Source: Gammaproteobacteria bacterium (lineage in GTDB: Bacteria > Pseudomonadota > Gammaproteobacteria > Pseudomonadales > Porticoccaceae). From it: a stretch of DNA of 64,000 nucleotides. The DNA is taken from assembly GCA_003235325.1 (NCBI GenBank), contig QJWQ01000080.1, forward strand, positions 1,955-65,954, given 5' to 3'. Numbering within the stretch: the stretch's first letter is position 1; each line of letters begins with the position of its first letter. Positions 37,771 through 47,026 of this stretch are shown here, in pieces. The position numbers and the translations under genes were made by a program. Below the pieces are notes generated by a model. It did not search any database and was not told the origin of the DNA. It saw nothing but the letters and a program-made list of their open reading frames with translations.

Positions 37771-37913
37771 AACGCCACCGGAGGTGTGAATTCTGCCTGT
37801 CGTGACACACCGTTGTCAGGGACCCGGCCAAACCGTTGTCGACAGGGTGCCCGGCACTGCGACTACTGTGCTTAAATGCAATTGCGACCGGACTTTTTTA
37901 CAGGTGCAAGACG

Positions 37914-39551
37914 TTGGGATTTGAACCCTGGAAATTACTGGCAGGGCTGGGCCTGTTCCTCTTCGGCATGCTCCAGCTGGAACTGTCCCTCAAGGGGCTG
38001 GGCACGGCAACCTTTCGCCACATGTTGAGGGACCGAACCCGAACACCGTTGCAGGGAGTCATTGTCGGCACCCTGAGCACCGCCTTCCTGCAGAGCAGTT
38101 CGCTGGTGGGCCTTATCACCCTGGCCTTCGTCGGCGCCGGTATTCTGGAATTGAAAAATGCCCTGGGTATTATTTTTGGTGCCAACCTGGGCACCACCTT
38201 TACCGGCTGGCTGGTGGCCACCATCGGTTTCAAACTCAGCCTCGAGGCCTATGCCCTGCCCCTGTTGGCCGTGGGCACCCTGGGCAAGGTTTTCATGAAA
38301 GAGGACAGCCGCCCCTGGCTGCTGATTACCCTGGTCCTGGGCCTGGGACTGCTTTTGCTCGGCCTGGAATACATGAAATCCAGCATGCATTTTTTGCAGG
38401 AAAATGTCGGCACCGACAGCTTCAGGGATTACCACGTGGCGGTATACCTGCTTGGCGGCATCATTTTTACTGCCCTGATCCAGTCCAGTTCCGCCACCAT
38501 GCTCATCGTCCTCACCGCTGTCCACAGCGGTGTCATACCCCTGGTCACGGCTGCCTACATCGTCATTGGCGCCAACCTGGGCACCACCATCACCATGCTG
38601 ATGGGCGCCCTCCGCGGCAGTGCCGACAAACGCCGGGTGGCCCTGTCCCATTTTCTGTTCAATCTGGTGGCCGGCATCGTTGCCCTGCTGCTGCTGACAC
38701 CCCTGCTGCACCTGATCACCGATACCCTGGAGATCACCGACCCGACTTATTCACTGGTGGCATTTCACTCCCTGATCAACCTGATCGGAATCCTGATTTT
38801 CCTGCCGGTGGTCAATCCCTTTGCCCGGTTCCTGAAGCACCGTTTCAGTGAGGATACCGGGGGCGGTGCCCGGTTTGTCAGGCGAGTGCCGGTGGAGGTG
38901 CTGGACAGCGCCAGCAAAGCCATCAGCCAGGATGTCGGCCGCCTGATCGACAAAGTGCTGGTCCTCAACTTGCGCACCCTGAAAATTCGCGCCGAAGAGC
39001 AACTGCATGGCTTCGCCGCCGAAGCCGTCTACCTGGAAATCGCGGCCCAGACGCCGACCTACGACCAGCAGTACGCTGATATCAAGAAAACCGAGGAAGA
39101 CATCCTCACCTATGCCTACAAGCTGATGGCCGCCAAATCCGATGAGGAAAAAAGCGCCCGCATCACCCAATTACTCAACGGCGCCAGAAATGCGGTCTAC
39201 AGCGCCAAGAGCCTGAAAGACATTCGCCAGGACCTGATCGAACTGCGCATGTTTTCCGACAACCAGGAAATCGCCGATGGCCTTCGCCACGGCAGCCGGC
39301 TGTTTTATCGGCACCTGCTGGAGCTGAAAGAGAAAACCGAAGCGGTACTGGTTGACGAAAAATCTGCGGCACTAAAAGAGGAAATCCAGAACACCCACCA
39401 GGAATTGCATGACCTTATCTATCGCTACATTCAGCGGGGTACCCAGGGCATCGCCTCCTCGTCCCTGTTGAATATCAACCGGGAACTGATGATATCCCAT
39501 GAATCATTGTTGTCGGCGACACTGAACACTCTCAACGACGGATCCAGCTGA
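37914..39551 (+). CDS. Na/Pi cotransporter family protein with PhoU-like C-terminal domain
   Basis: LAGLGLFLFGMLQLE..., FLQSSSLVGLITLAFVGAG, and GANLGTT twice (inverted repeat topology). The C-terminal domain is helical. I prefer TTG 37914, with an AGGTG SD 7 nt upstream; the ORF-track start 37836 (TTG) is an alternative. Confidence 0.85.
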   Translation: MGFEPWKLLAGLGLFLFGMLQLELSLKGLGTATFRHMLRDRTRTPLQGVIVGTLSTAFLQSSSLVGLITLAFVGAGILELKNALGIIFGANLGTTFTGWLVATIGFKLSLEAYALPLLAVGTLGKVFMKEDSRPWLLITLVLGLGLLLLGLEYMKSSMHFLQENVGTDSFRDYHVAVYLLGGIIFTALIQSSSATMLIVLTAVHSGVIPLVTAAYIVIGANLGTTITMLMGALRGSADKRRVALSHFLFNLVAGIVALLLLTPLLHLITDTLEITDPTYSLVAFHSLINLIGILIFLPVVNPFARFLKHRFSEDTGGGARFVRRVPVEVLDSASKAISQDVGRLIDKVLVLNLRTLKIRAEEQLHGFAAEAVYLEIAAQTPTYDQQYADIKKTEEDILTYAYKLMAAKSDEEKSARITQLLNGARNAVYSAKSLKDIRQDLIELRMFSDNQEIADGLRHGSRLFYRHLLELKEKTEAVLVDEKSAALKEEIQNTHQELHDLIYRYIQRGTQGIASSSLLNINRELMISHESLLSATLNTLNDGSS

Positions 39552-39717
39552 GGTCAGCGGTAACGACTCAATGCAATAACATCTCGGCTTTTTGTTTTCG
39601 CTGCAGGCCCTGAAGGGATTCCCGAACGGTCAATGTCCATCACTGGACAAGGCAAAACAGAGCGTATATTCTTCCGGATGCCTCACAATCCCCACTTATA
39701 ATTACTACCAGAATATC

Positions 39718-42700
39718 ATGATAAATTTCTCAAAAAACCAGCTATACCTGGTTATTTTTATTATTACTTTGTTTATTTCGTCTGACGCCTTTTCAAAGAA
39801 CCTGATGGAATCAGATGACGAATCCGGCGGCAAAAAAGACAGGATACCCCAGCCAGTCCTGGCACTGCCCGACAACGCCGGAGAACTGGACAGGTCTCTG
39901 GCACAGATCATTAAAGCCCTGGGTATAAAGGACGAGCCGGTAACCTCCCCGGCGGTTACAGAACCCCGGGGACCGTTGTTTGAACTGGGCAAGCAACTGT
40001 TCTTCAGTAAATCCATGAGCGAACAGCTCGATGTCGCCTGTGCCTCCTGTCACCATCCCGATCTCGCCGGTGGTGATGCCCTGTCACTGTCGGTGGGGGT
40101 CGATGCCGTTAATCCCGATCTCCTCGGGCCGGGCCGGGTTCACGATGGCGACCGCAGCAAGGATCCCCTGACTGATGGCGGACCCAATGTGCCCCGCAAT
40201 GCGCCGACCATTTTCAATCTGCATATCTACGATCGGGTGCAGTTCTGGGATGGCCGGGTTGAAGTGGTCGGTGCAAGTGGCGCTGCCCACGGCATGGGCC
40301 TGTCAATTCGCACACCGGACAGCCTGCGCAAGATGCCCGACCCCTCCGCCGGCACCAACCTGACGGTGGCCCAGGCGCGATTCCCCATTACTTCCGGCAA
40401 TGAAATGTTTGGACACGGGGCCGGCGCAATGACCAACGAGGACAAGCGGCGCTTGCTGGAAAAACGGTTTCAGGGTAGTGACTCGGCCACCCATAAACTG
40501 CCTTTCAATCACTGGTTGCCCCTGTTCCAGGCGGCATTCGACGATGAACGCCAGGATCCCATCCAGGTGGTGACCATGGACCGCATCAGTGAAGCCCTCT
40601 CCCATTATCAGCGCTCCCTGTTTTTTGTAGACAACCCCTGGTCAAAGTACCTCTCGGGTGACGAATCGGCCATTTCCGAGGAGGCCAAAAAGGGCGCCCT
40701 GCTCTTTTACAGTTCCCTTGAACAGGGCGGATATGCCTGCAATGCCTGTCATACCGGCAACCGGTTTACCGACGAGGGTTTTTACAATATCGCCATGCCC
40801 CAGTTCGGCCGGGGCAAGGATCGCGCCGGTTTCGACCTGGGCCGCATGCTGGAGAGTTCCGACCCCAACGACCGCTACGCCTTCAGGACCCCGACACTGC
40901 TCAATGTCGCCGAGACCGGCCCCTGGGGCCATACCGGTGCCTTTCGCTCCCTGAAGGATGTGATTCGGCACCATATGGATACTGAAACCTCCCTGGTGGC
41001 CTTTGACTACAGCCTGCAGAACAACCCCCAGTTCAAGGGGATCAAGACCGACAGGGAAAAATTCTTCAACCGCAGCCTGGAAACCCTGGCTGACCTGAAA
41101 CAGTCCGAAGAATGGCAGCTACTGCCAAAATGGAAATACAACGAGAGGGATGCAGACCTGATCGAGGCCTTCCTGCGGACCCTGACCGACCCCTGTATCA
41201 CCGAAAAACGATGTCTGGCCAACTGGATTCCGAAACAGGGTGATCAGGGGCCGGATGGCCAGTTACTGCACGCGGTATTCTCAACCTTTGACGATCAGCC
41301 CATCACCTATCAGCCACCCCTGGAACAAAAATCGCTACAGTCCGCCGGGGGGCCGGCGTCCGGCAAAACCTGGTTTACCGATGCCACCGCAGAGGCCGGA
41401 CTCGACTACCACCTGGCCGATGCCGGCAACGGCGACGAGCAGCACCGGGTTTCCGGGGGGGTCGCCGTCGACGATTACGACAACGACGGCTGGCCTGACC
41501 TGTTTTTCAGCCATTCGGTTGTGCCGGGCAAGCTGTTCCGCAACCAGCATGACGGCACCTTCAGGGAGACCACGAACGAGGCACTGGGCCATCTGCTGAG
41601 TCAGCAATTCGGCGCCCTCTTCTTCGACTACGACAACGACCAGGACAAGGACCTGCTGCTGGTGGAGGACAATATTCACGACAACTTCTTCCGTGTCTAT
41701 GAAAATCAGGGGGACGGACATATGCTCCCCGACCCGCTCAAGGGCGGCATTCGTTTTTCCCGATTTACCCACAGTCTGTCGGCCGGCGACTACGACGGCG
41801 ATGGCGACCTGGACCTCTACGCCGCCCACTGGGGATTTACCCTGCTTGATATATACAACGAGTACCTGTGGCGCAATGAGGGCAATGGGACATTCACTGA
41901 CAACAGCAAGATCCTGCCGCCGACCCGGGTTTCGCCGAAAACCGACACTTTGCAACTGAACTTCACCCCGATCTTTGCCGACATTGACGGCGATAACGAT
42001 CCCGACATGCTGCTGGCGGGTGATTTCACCACCAGCCAGATTCTGATCAATGACGGCGGCAACGCCTTTATCGACAAAACCACCCCGGTCATATCCGATG
42101 AAAACGGCATGGGCGCCGCCGTCGGCGATTTCGATAACGACGGCGACCTGGACTGGTTTGTCACCTCCATCTGGAATCCTATCGAAACCAAGGCGTACAT
42201 TGGTGGCGAGACCGGCAACCGTCTCTACCGCAATGATGGTACCGGCAATTTTACCGACGTTACCGATGAAGCTGATGTCCGCAAGGGCTACTGGGGCTGG
42301 GGCGCCTGTTTCGCCGATTTTAACAATGACGGCTGGCTGGATATTTTTCACACCAATGGCATGACCAGCAAGAACGTCGCCAACGAGGCCACTTTTGCCC
42401 AGTTTATTCACGACCCCAGCAGGCTCTATATCAACAACCACGACGGAACCTTTACCGAACGTGGTGTTGAACTGGGCCTGAATCATACTGACCAGGGCCG
42501 CGGGGTCAGCTGTTTTGACTATGACCGGGACGGCGATCTCGATATTCTTATCGGCCACAGCGGCGCCCCCCCCAGGCTCTACAAGAACAACAATGCCGAC
42601 GGCAATAATTTTCTCAGTATCACACTGCGGCAACCCGGCAATAATCCGGAGGCCGTCGGCGCCAAGATCTACGCCACCACCGGCAAGCTGACCCAGTATC

Positions 42701-42897
42701 GGGAATTGCGCATGGGCTCCAACTACCTGTCCAATGATCCGATCCTGGCCCATTTCGGCCTGGGGCATAAGAAGCGGGTCGACCGGCTGCGAATCGTCTG
42801 GCCTGACGGCAGTGAACAGGTGAAGAAAAGAGTAAAGGCCAATCAGCATCTGGTTATTGAAAAGACCACGAGCCAAATGGCTCAGATTCGTCAATGA
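39718..42897 (+). CDS. fusion protein: secreted di-haem cytochrome c peroxidase (CCP/MauG family) + FG-GAP/VCBS repeats + ASPIC/UnbV domain
   Basis: 1059 aa from ATG 39718 with signal peptide MINFSKNQLYLVIFIITLFISSDAFS. CxxCH motifs lie at 40039-40053 (CASCH) and 40738-40752 (CNACH), with RNAPTIFN...WDGR and FRTPTLLNVAETGPWGHTG in between. Six D-x-D-x-DG-x-D repeats follow (DYDNDGWPDLFF, DYDGDGDLDLY, DIDGDNDPDMLL, DFDNDGDLDWFV, DFNNDGWLDIFH, DYDRDGDLDILI). The C-terminus reads ...AVGAKIYATTGKLTQYRELRMGSNYLSNDPILAHFGLG...VDRLRIVWPDG (UnbV/ASPIC). Confidence 0.88.
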   Translation: MINFSKNQLYLVIFIITLFISSDAFSKNLMESDDESGGKKDRIPQPVLALPDNAGELDRSLAQIIKALGIKDEPVTSPAVTEPRGPLFELGKQLFFSKSMSEQLDVACASCHHPDLAGGDALSLSVGVDAVNPDLLGPGRVHDGDRSKDPLTDGGPNVPRNAPTIFNLHIYDRVQFWDGRVEVVGASGAAHGMGLSIRTPDSLRKMPDPSAGTNLTVAQARFPITSGNEMFGHGAGAMTNEDKRRLLEKRFQGSDSATHKLPFNHWLPLFQAAFDDERQDPIQVVTMDRISEALSHYQRSLFFVDNPWSKYLSGDESAISEEAKKGALLFYSSLEQGGYACNACHTGNRFTDEGFYNIAMPQFGRGKDRAGFDLGRMLESSDPNDRYAFRTPTLLNVAETGPWGHTGAFRSLKDVIRHHMDTETSLVAFDYSLQNNPQFKGIKTDREKFFNRSLETLADLKQSEEWQLLPKWKYNERDADLIEAFLRTLTDPCITEKRCLANWIPKQGDQGPDGQLLHAVFSTFDDQPITYQPPLEQKSLQSAGGPASGKTWFTDATAEAGLDYHLADAGNGDEQHRVSGGVAVDDYDNDGWPDLFFSHSVVPGKLFRNQHDGTFRETTNEALGHLLSQQFGALFFDYDNDQDKDLLLVEDNIHDNFFRVYENQGDGHMLPDPLKGGIRFSRFTHSLSAGDYDGDGDLDLYAAHWGFTLLDIYNEYLWRNEGNGTFTDNSKILPPTRVSPKTDTLQLNFTPIFADIDGDNDPDMLLAGDFTTSQILINDGGNAFIDKTTPVISDENGMGAAVGDFDNDGDLDWFVTSIWNPIETKAYIGGETGNRLYRNDGTGNFTDVTDEADVRKGYWGWGACFADFNNDGWLDIFHTNGMTSKNVANEATFAQFIHDPSRLYINNHDGTFTERGVELGLNHTDQGRGVSCFDYDRDGDLDILIGHSGAPPRLYKNNNADGNNFLSITLRQPGNNPEAVGAKIYATTGKLTQYRELRMGSNYLSNDPILAHFGLGHKKRVDRLRIVWPDGSEQVKKRVKANQHLVIEKTTSQMAQIRQ

Positions 42898-42950
42898 TCA
42901 GTGATGACAACCCGGGATTGTCGACACTAACTTCACAATTGCCTGATTCA

Positions 42951-42972
42951 GGGGCCTTCGTGGCCCCTTTTG
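42951..42972 (+). terminator. rho-independent terminator after the CCP fusion gene
   Basis: GGGGCC-ttcgt-GGCCCC followed by TTTT, 53 nt after the stop codon. Confidence 0.75.
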
Positions 42973-43346
42973 GGTTCAGGGTCATTAACAGCAATGATCG
43001 CCGGGCCTATCCGGTGTTCGCCCGAAACGTTGCTTGGGCACAGAGTCCGTATCCTCGCAACAATGGGCGTTCCGCTTTGGCGGGCTCAACTCTAACCCTG
43101 TGGTCAACATAAAAGATGTTGCGCTTGAAACCTGTTGAACACCGGATCGTTTCTTAAGGTGTCCGGGAAAAACTTAAAGCAGGCATAACCCGTTGCTTTT
43201 ATTCAGAGGTGAGCAAAGGGCGCCGTATGCTGTGCAACACCGATTCGTCGCCGTAACGTGCCATCCATTGATCTCGCTCAATTGCCGGGCAACGGATTGC
43301 AGCTAGGCTTTGCAGGATTGCAGGGCAATCTGTCGAAACCCGGTAC

Positions 43347-43516
43347 TATTAACCCGGCAATTAAACAGGCTTCCTGCCTATTTAGTTGCGCGCCCTTAAA
43401 ATACTGGCGGAACTGTGCGAAGTTCCTTGTATTTTAAGGGCTTGCATTGGCCTGCGGCCAATGGCGGCACGTCCATGTGTCGCATTAACCCTGCATAAAA
43501 GCTTGCCGGGTTAATA
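43347..43516. repeat. inverted-repeat-bounded nested-hairpin element (MITE-like or structured RNA)
   Basis: A perfect 14-bp inverted repeat, TATTAACCCGGCAA (43347-43360) and TTGCCGGGTTAATA (43503-43516), bounds the element. Inside it, GCCCTTAAAATAC (43392-43404) pairs with GTATTTTAAGGGC (43429-43441), and that stem contains GGAACT/AGTTCC (43409-14 / 43421-26). CATTGGCC-tgc-GGCCAATG follows at 43445-43463. Confidence 0.8.
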
Positions 43517-43731
43517 ACTGGTGTAAGAAGTGTTTACAGCCCCTGAGAACCGGTGAACAGCAACGTGAGCACCATTAAAAGGAGATCGGAAAAACCGGAA
43601 CTGCCACACGCATTTCAGCGCTGGCGCGGCGATCCGGCCATTGCCTCATGCCGGTTCCGGGGCGTAAGGTTGGTGGTGTTGAAAGTAATGCGGTTAAACC
43701 GTCCTATTCGCTACCGGGAAAATGATTTGCC

Positions 43732-44205
43732 ATGAATTTCGATAACGCCCTACTCAGCCTGGATAACCCGGTCTTTCAAACCTATGTGCTGGCAGCCGGC
43801 ATCATGATCCTCAAATTGATGCTTCAGCCCTGGATGACCGTGGTGCGCATGATGAAAGTGGGCGCCGGATTTCGCAGCCCCGAGGATGCCAAGAAAAGCC
43901 CACTCAATCCCAAACCGGTCGCCGGGCAACTCGAAGTCAACGAGTACGTTGACCGCTCTCGACGTCTCAATCTGAATGACCTGGAAAGCATTCCGGGCTT
44001 TCTCGCTGCCGGCCTGCTGTTTGTCCTGGTGGATCCCCCCCTGCTGCTCGCACAGATACTGATTTGGGCCTACGTTGTCGCCCGGGCCGCACATTTTGTC
44101 GCCTACGTGACTGCGCAATTACACGATGTCCGGGCGTTCTGCTGGACTTGGAGTTCCCTGTCGGTGATCGCCATGAGCATTTATGTGCTGATGCAGGCGG
44201 TGTAG
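43732..44205 (+). CDS. MAPEG family protein, MGST1-like
   Basis: 157 aa. ...RSRRLNLNDLESIPGFLAAGLLFVL...ARAAHFVAY resembles the microsomal GST-1 motif (RAHLNDLENIIPFL...ARIYHTIAY). Four TM segments. Confidence 0.8.
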   Translation: MNFDNALLSLDNPVFQTYVLAAGIMILKLMLQPWMTVVRMMKVGAGFRSPEDAKKSPLNPKPVAGQLEVNEYVDRSRRLNLNDLESIPGFLAAGLLFVLVDPPLLLAQILIWAYVVARAAHFVAYVTAQLHDVRAFCWTWSSLSVIAMSIYVLMQAV

Positions 44206-44266
44206 ACCCGGAAACGGGGCTGACTGACGCTACTTAAGCAGACCAACTTTTTCGGGCGTTATATCA

Positions 44267-44824
44267 ATGAACAGCCAGTTCAAACTGTACGAATACGGCA
44301 TTGATGGCCAGGACATCATTCGTCGCGTGTCAAAGCATTGGCTGTCATTTGCCCGGGAAAACAACTCCTCTCACCTGACCACCGACGCCGTTCTCGGCCA
44401 TCCGTTGTGGGATTTTATTACGGGCCCGGAGGCACGACATCTGTATGGCCTGCTGTTTGACAAAGTGCGCAGGGACCAGCAGGCGATCACCATTCCTTTT
44501 CGATGTGATGCTCCCGACCGCCGTCGTTATATGCAACTGACCATTTTGCCGGGGGAAAAGGGTTCCCTGGACTTCAGATCGGAACTGCTTCGAGAAGAAC
44601 TTCGGCCTCGGGTCGCCCTGTTCGACTCCACCCTGTCCCGAACCAATGACTTCCTCAACATGTGCGCCTGGTGCAAGCGAGTGGAAACTGAAGATACCCA
44701 GTGGCTGGAGGCGGAAGACGCAATCGAGCGCCTTGACCTCTTTGGCCGAGGCCGGCTGCCTAACATCAGCCACGGCCTCTGTGGCGATTGCCGGGTGGGC
44801 CTGGAGGCCCTGTTGCAGTCCTGA
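44267..44824 (+). CDS. PAS-like hypothetical protein with C-terminal Cys4 motif
   Basis: 185 aa. The N-terminal ~120 aa look PAS-like (GHPLWDFITGPEARHLY...ITIPFRCDAP..RRYMQLTILP). The C-terminus is MCAWCKRV-x27-ISHGLCGDC. Confidence 0.6.
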   Translation: MNSQFKLYEYGIDGQDIIRRVSKHWLSFARENNSSHLTTDAVLGHPLWDFITGPEARHLYGLLFDKVRRDQQAITIPFRCDAPDRRRYMQLTILPGEKGSLDFRSELLREELRPRVALFDSTLSRTNDFLNMCAWCKRVETEDTQWLEAEDAIERLDLFGRGRLPNISHGLCGDCRVGLEALLQS

Positions 44825-44956
44825 CTGGTTCGCCATTACCCTCGACAGGGGTGAACCGCAAGACCTGCGAGCCCCGGTCGTGGTTCGACCTGTCACAGCT
44901 TGCCCAGGTCGTCGGGTTATATCGGCGTTACAGACCAACCCTGTGCTGCGAGCTGA

Positions 44957-47026
44957 CTACGCGCTTTTGCTTGTCAGGAGGCGAACAGCTCCGGGTCGAA
45001 ACCGTTTCAGGCGGCGACGCTGCTGTCGAAGCCTGTCCTCCTCAAGGTTATCAACGCTACCGGCGTAACGAACTCGCTCAAAAAAACGACTGAAATTTTC
45101 AATTTGTTCCCGGTCAGCAGGAAATCGCGCCGACGCCCTGGCCGCAAAGTCACGGGGGCCCTCTCCGGTGTTGCGACCAAGCCCCGCCTTTTCCAGTTTT
45201 CGGCAAAATTCCAGGTACAGTTGTTCCAGGGGGCTGCGTGGATTGCCGGCACGCCGCCACCACAACAGCAACAATACCGGCAACAGGGCCAGGAAACCGG
45301 CAATCAGGATAAACAGGCCAATGCGAACGGGATCAACCGCTCCCAGCATTCGGGACAGCAGGCCTTCCTGCACGCCGTCGTAGCGCAGTACCCAGCGGGT
45401 CCAGAGATAATCCAGGTAATCCAGTTGCAGCCGCAACCGGTTGAGCCAGGGAATATCCCGAAAACGGTGCAGTGAAAAAGGGTTATCGGCCAGAAACTCT
45501 TCCTCACCGGCCAACGTTTCCGCCATACCGAATTCAATTCGCTCGGGGGCCACCGCGGCAGTGGGATCAAATTCCACCCAGCCCTGCCCCTCCAGCCAGA
45601 CCTCCGCCCAGGCATGGGCGTCGTACTGGCGTACTGTCAGGTAATCCTGCTCGGGGTTGTACTCGCCGCCCTGGTAGCCCACCACCACCCGTGCGGGAAT
45701 ACCGGCCGCCCGCATAAAAAAGACAAAACTGCTGGCGAAATGCTCGCAGAAACCCCGTTTGCTCTGCCAGAGAAATTCATCGACGCTGTGCCTGCCCAGG
45801 GCCGGGGGCTCAAGGGTATAGGTAAACTCGCGCCTGAAGAGGGCCATGAGACGCCGCATCAAGGCCTCGTTATCAGGCTCCTCAGCGCGCCACTCCGCGG
45901 CCAGACGACGGGTTTCCGGATTGAATTCCGGTGGCAACCGGGTCTCGACAAAATGCCTGATGCTTGGCAACGCATCCAGGTCCCGGGGGCTGTCTGGCAT
46001 AAAGCGTGCGCGATACTCCCGCTTGCCGGTGACCGGGACCCGGTTGACGAGGCTGTGGTCCCGGGCCAGGCCAACCCCCTCGGTGAGGGGTTGCGAGGGT
46101 GTCAGGGCGTACAGCCATTGATTCTGGGTCGGTTCCAGGATGACGCTGTAATCCAGGGAAGCCGCTGAACGGGGAATATCGCCGCGCCAGCTGCCGTCCG
46201 GCTGTCCATACCATTGCACCAGGTTGCCAGCGTAACCCCAGGGCACTGCCTGCCGCCAGGCTCGGCCGTCGAAGTCGGAAAGCACCAGGCCACGCCAGTA
46301 GAGTTGCCGTTTGGGCGGCATGGGGCCGGCAAACGTCACACGAAACGCTGTCGCCGCCGAACGGCCGAGCCGGGTGAAGTCCCCCGGTGACATGCTGTCA
46401 CTGACGCCGGTGGTGGCCGAATCCCGCTGGCTGGGAACCGACCAGAGGGGTGCAAAGCGGGGCATCACCAGAAACAGCACCAGCATCAGGGGAATTGCCT
46501 GAAGCAGGATCGCCGCTGCTGTTTTCAGGGACCCGAGTTCGACAAAGGCAGAGTGCTTCGTTGTCTCCGCGGTCTGGTGCAGTCCCGCCAGACCGGCGGT
46601 GACCAGAAGCAGGCCCACCAGGATATACGAGGTCACGGCGATGGACTGGTCGAAAAGGCAGAGGGTAATGGCGACAAAATAGCCCAGGTATACCAGTACC
46701 AGTGCATCCCGGGGGCGATGCATCTCCAGCAGCTTCAGTGAATAACCGCTGACCAGCAACGCCACCATGGGTTCCAGTCCGACGAGCAAACCGTAGGAAA
46801 GCAGAAGCCCGCCAATGCAGAGTGCCAGCAGTGCCACCTTGATCCAGATACCCGGGAACCCCCAGCAGCCCCGGTAAACCTGGATGCGCCAGCCGATGGC
46901 GACGATGGCACCCGCCGTAATCCATGGCGGCAGATGTCCCACATGGGGTATGACTACCCCGACAAAGGCGATCAGCAGCCACAACAGGCCACTGCGGGGA
47001 ATCTGCCAGGCTGGCTGTATGGTCAT
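44957..47026 (-). CDS. tgpA: transglutaminase TgpA-type membrane protein (DUF3488 + transglutaminase core)
   Basis: 689 aa with six N-terminal TM segments. Catalytic triad context is KRGFCEHFASSFVFFMRAAGIPARVVVGY...DAHAWAEVW...WVEFDPT. ATGA overlap with the DUF58 gene. Confidence 0.88.
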   Translation of the reverse strand: MTIQPAWQIPRSGLLWLLIAFVGVVIPHVGHLPPWITAGAIVAIGWRIQVYRGCWGFPGIWIKVALLALCIGGLLLSYGLLVGLEPMVALLVSGYSLKLLEMHRPRDALVLVYLGYFVAITLCLFDQSIAVTSYILVGLLLVTAGLAGLHQTAETTKHSAFVELGSLKTAAAILLQAIPLMLVLFLVMPRFAPLWSVPSQRDSATTGVSDSMSPGDFTRLGRSAATAFRVTFAGPMPPKRQLYWRGLVLSDFDGRAWRQAVPWGYAGNLVQWYGQPDGSWRGDIPRSAASLDYSVILEPTQNQWLYALTPSQPLTEGVGLARDHSLVNRVPVTGKREYRARFMPDSPRDLDALPSIRHFVETRLPPEFNPETRRLAAEWRAEEPDNEALMRRLMALFRREFTYTLEPPALGRHSVDEFLWQSKRGFCEHFASSFVFFMRAAGIPARVVVGYQGGEYNPEQDYLTVRQYDAHAWAEVWLEGQGWVEFDPTAAVAPERIEFGMAETLAGEEEFLADNPFSLHRFRDIPWLNRLRLQLDYLDYLWTRWVLRYDGVQEGLLSRMLGAVDPVRIGLFILIAGFLALLPVLLLLWWRRAGNPRSPLEQLYLEFCRKLEKAGLGRNTGEGPRDFAARASARFPADREQIENFSRFFERVRYAGSVDNLEEDRLRQQRRRLKRFRPGAVRLLTSKSA

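Noticed and set aside
41335-42894. 519-aa ORF antisense to the FG-GAP/UnbV half of the CCP fusion gene.
   Set aside because: It mirrors the repetitive GAC/GGC-rich coding strand (a Val/Gly/Ile-rich product). It has no motifs, and the sense strand carries clear domain signatures.
43522-43538. GacA/UvrY-box-like palindrome TGTAAG-AAGTGT-TTACA upstream of the MAPEG gene.
   Set aside because: The arm spacing is one nucleotide shorter than the TGTAAGN6CTTACA consensus. The downstream 190 nt have few GGA motifs and no terminator, so an Rsm-type sRNA is not supported. It is kept only as part of the repeat-rich region finding.
43553-43735. 60-aa ORF immediately upstream of, and overlapping, the MAPEG start.
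   Set aside because: It is Arg-rich with a GTG-type start and no SD, and it sits in a repeat-rich leader. It is more likely non-coding.
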